Assembly (NCBI GenBank): GCA_038850285.1
Contig: JAWCMA010000012.1
Coordinates: forward strand, 8,492 to 35,643
Length of the DNA stretch: 27,152 nucleotides
Reading direction: 5' to 3'
Source: Methanocellales archaeon
GTDB lineage: Archaea > Halobacteriota > JAWCLZ01
Part shown: in pieces, positions 25,539-27,152 of the stretch
How the letters are laid out: every line of letters starts with the position of its first letter
How positions within the stretch are numbered: position 1 is the stretch's first letter
Made by a program: the position numbers and the translations under genes
The notes under the pieces: generated by a model
What the model saw: the letters and a program-made list of their open reading frames with translations, nothing else
Told to the model about the DNA's origin: nothing
Database searches by the model: none

Positions 25539-26765
25539 ATGAGTCCAGCTCACGTAAATTCAGTGGCAGCTTACGCGAATGAGAGAATCAAAGACCTTGA
25601 GGCTGAGAAGCAGCAGCTTCAAAATGAGATCAAGCAGCTAAGGATTACATTAGATGAACTCAAGTCCAAATTGCTTGAAGCAAACCTAGCAGCTGCAAAC
25701 GCAAGAGAAGAAATCATTCGCTTGCAGCAGGAAAACCTCCAGCTTCGCAGGCCCCCTCTCTTCATAGCAAGCGTGATTGAGATATATGAAGATAACACTG
25801 TTCTAGTCAAGCAACACGGGAGCAATCAGGAATACCTCGTTAAAGTGGCACCTGAGCTTTATAACAAGCTTGAGTTGAATACAAGAGTGGCGCTTAACAG
25901 TAGCCTCGCAATTGTGAAGATAATTGGAAAAACCGTTGACCCTAGGGCTCAAGTGATGGAGGTAATCGAAGCCCCAAATGTGGATTACAGCTCCATAGGT
26001 GGACTTAGCGAGCAGATTCAAGAATTAATTGAAGCAGTGGAACTACCGCTTACAGATCCCGAGTTATTCAAAACCGTTGGAATAGAGCCCCCAAAGGGAG
26101 TACTATTATATGGCCCGCCAGGCACAGGTAAAACACTCCTAGCCAAAGCCGTGGCGAATCGCGCTAAGGCAACCTTCATAAAAATGTCAGGCTCAGAGCT
26201 TGTGCATAAATTCATAGGCGAGGGAGCGCAGCTTGTACGCGATTTATTCCAGCTAGCCCGCAAGAAAGCACCGAGCATAGTATTCATCGATGAAATCGAT
26301 GCCGTGGGAAGCAGGAGAACCTACGATGGAACAAGCGGAAGTGCCGAGGTAAATCGCACCATGACTCAGTTGCTGGCTGAACTCGATGGCTTCAGCGAGC
26401 GGGGAAATGTGAGGATAATCGCCGCTACCAATCGAATTGACATGCTAGACCCAGCACTACTCCGCCCGGGGAGATTCGATCGAATGATAGAAATCCCTCT
26501 ACCTGATCTTAAAGGCCGCGAGGAGATCTTCAGGATTCACACTAGAAATATGAGCTTAAGTAGAAATGTAAAGCTAAGCAAGCTAGCGGAGCTAACAGAG
26601 GCCATGACAGGAGCAGATATTCGTGCAATTGCAATGGAAGCAGGGATGTTTGCGATTAGAAGGCGCGGTAAAACCGCTACTGAAGAGGACTTCTTAAAGG
26701 CAATTGAAAAAGTCCAGAAGAAAGCGAAAGAAAAAGTCGAAGTACCCCCAGGGATGTTTGGATAG
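25539..26765 (+). CDS. pan: Proteasome-activating nucleotidase (AAA+ ATPase)
   Basis: N-terminal coiled coil, PPL-OB domain, IGGL, GVLLYGPPGTGKT, KFIGEG, FIDEID, AATNR and LDPALLRPGRFDR. C-terminus MFG. Confidence 0.96.
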   Translation: MSPAHVNSVAAYANERIKDLEAEKQQLQNEIKQLRITLDELKSKLLEANLAAANAREEIIRLQQENLQLRRPPLFIASVIEIYEDNTVLVKQHGSNQEYLVKVAPELYNKLELNTRVALNSSLAIVKIIGKTVDPRAQVMEVIEAPNVDYSSIGGLSEQIQELIEAVELPLTDPELFKTVGIEPPKGVLLYGPPGTGKTLLAKAVANRAKATFIKMSGSELVHKFIGEGAQLVRDLFQLARKKAPSIVFIDEIDAVGSRRTYDGTSGSAEVNRTMTQLLAELDGFSERGNVRIIAATNRIDMLDPALLRPGRFDRMIEIPLPDLKGREEIFRIHTRNMSLSRNVKLSKLAELTEAMTGADIRAIAMEAGMFAIRRRGKTATEEDFLKAIEKVQKKAKEKVEVPPGMFG

Positions 26766-26775
26766 CCCTATAGCC

Positions 26776-26916
26776 CTATGGAGCACGTGGGCACTTCAAG
26801 TAGTGATCAACAGCTATCTGCAGCGCCTTCTTAACCTCGCGCGCGCCAGTTTTCATCTTCAGCTTCTCAAGGTCTTCCTTCAATAAAACAGTGGAAACAA
26901 TTTTAACCTCAATCAT
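26776..26916 (-). CDS. DUF5371-like microprotein (ribbon-helix-helix-like), 46 aa
   Basis: Not in the ORF track. MIEVKIVSTVLLKEDLEKLKMKTGAREVKKALQIAVDHYLKCPRAP* resembles the euryarchaeal pattern KIV..TVL..EDLE.LK.KTG....K.AL..AV.HYL.C (recalled from memory). Confidence 0.75.
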   Translation of the reverse strand: MIEVKIVSTVLLKEDLEKLKMKTGAREVKKALQIAVDHYLKCPRAP

Positions 26917-26974
26917 AAATTTGGCTATCCTCACATATCACATTTCTAAATACTAGGATAAAAAAATAATCAAC

Positions 26975-26988
26975 CTCATAATTATGAG
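26975..26988. promoter_or_regulatory. 14-bp perfect palindrome (candidate operator) in divergent intergenic region
   Basis: CTCATAATTATGAG, just upstream of the BRE/TATA-like GAGAAATATATATTAA. Confidence 0.45.
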
Positions 26989-27044
26989 ACTGAGAAATAT
27001 ATATTAATAATAGATGGATAATATTTCCTCAAAAGGAGAGAGCT

Positions 27045-27152
27045 ATGAAAATCCAAATAGCAGCTATATTGCTGATCTCAATATTGCTAACTCCAATCGC
27101 GGGGGCAATCGCTCCTGAAGAAAAAGTACCAGTGATCATTGGCTTCAAAGAT
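27045..27152 (+). CDS. Secreted protein, probably subtilisin-like S8 serine protease (N-terminus only)
   Basis: Not in the ORF track. MKIQIAAILLISILLTPIAGA is a signal peptide. It is followed by IAPEEKVPVIIGFKD, similar to the start of subtilisin I9 propeptides. RBS AGGAG. Confidence 0.65.
   Translation, partial: MKIQIAAILLISILLTPIAGAIAPEEKVPVIIGFKD

Noticed and set aside
26754-26765. PAN C-terminus MFG instead of HbYX
   Set aside because: Phe in place of Tyr is a known variant among archaeal PANs.
937-26886. Numerous 60-156 aa ORFs overlapping recognised genes (e.g. 6619-7011, 8032-8502, 17832-18203, 23332-23643, 26704-26886)
   Set aside because: They are antisense or alternate-frame shadows with no recognisable motifs.

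Overview
Gene-dense archaeal chromosomal segment, probably Halobacteriota (Methanomicrobia/Archaeoglobi-like). This placement is inferred from the thermosome, PAN, Trm1, COG1395 regulator and DUF5371-like proteins and from BRE/TATA promoters with GGAGG/GGTGA ribosome-binding sites. The left part (1-12.3 kb) is mostly housekeeping: HIT hydrolase (partial), MFS transporter, NTPase, trm1, ubiD/ubiX, HD hydrolase, DNPH1/Rcl-like N-glycosidase, nadK, thermosome, pyrC, mobB-moaE and a phosphohexomutase. The middle (12.3-20.7 kb) looks accessory. It holds two overlapping divergent luciferase-like (Mer-like) oxidoreductases, a phosphoribosyltransferase flanked by two zinc-finger microproteins, an M24 peptidase-fold enzyme with a remodelled metal site paired with a YHS microprotein, a DUF438-hemerythrin-PAS protein, and an internally truncated methyltransferase-like protein. 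The right part carries a metallophosphoesterase, an inverted PflX radical SAM gene, a frameshifted Lhr helicase, PAN, a DUF5371-like microprotein and the start of a secreted subtilisin-like protease. Four complete microprotein genes and two edge-truncated genes missing from the ORF track were found by hand. I saw no rRNA, tRNA, CRISPR array or transposase. All product calls come from motif recognition, not database searches.
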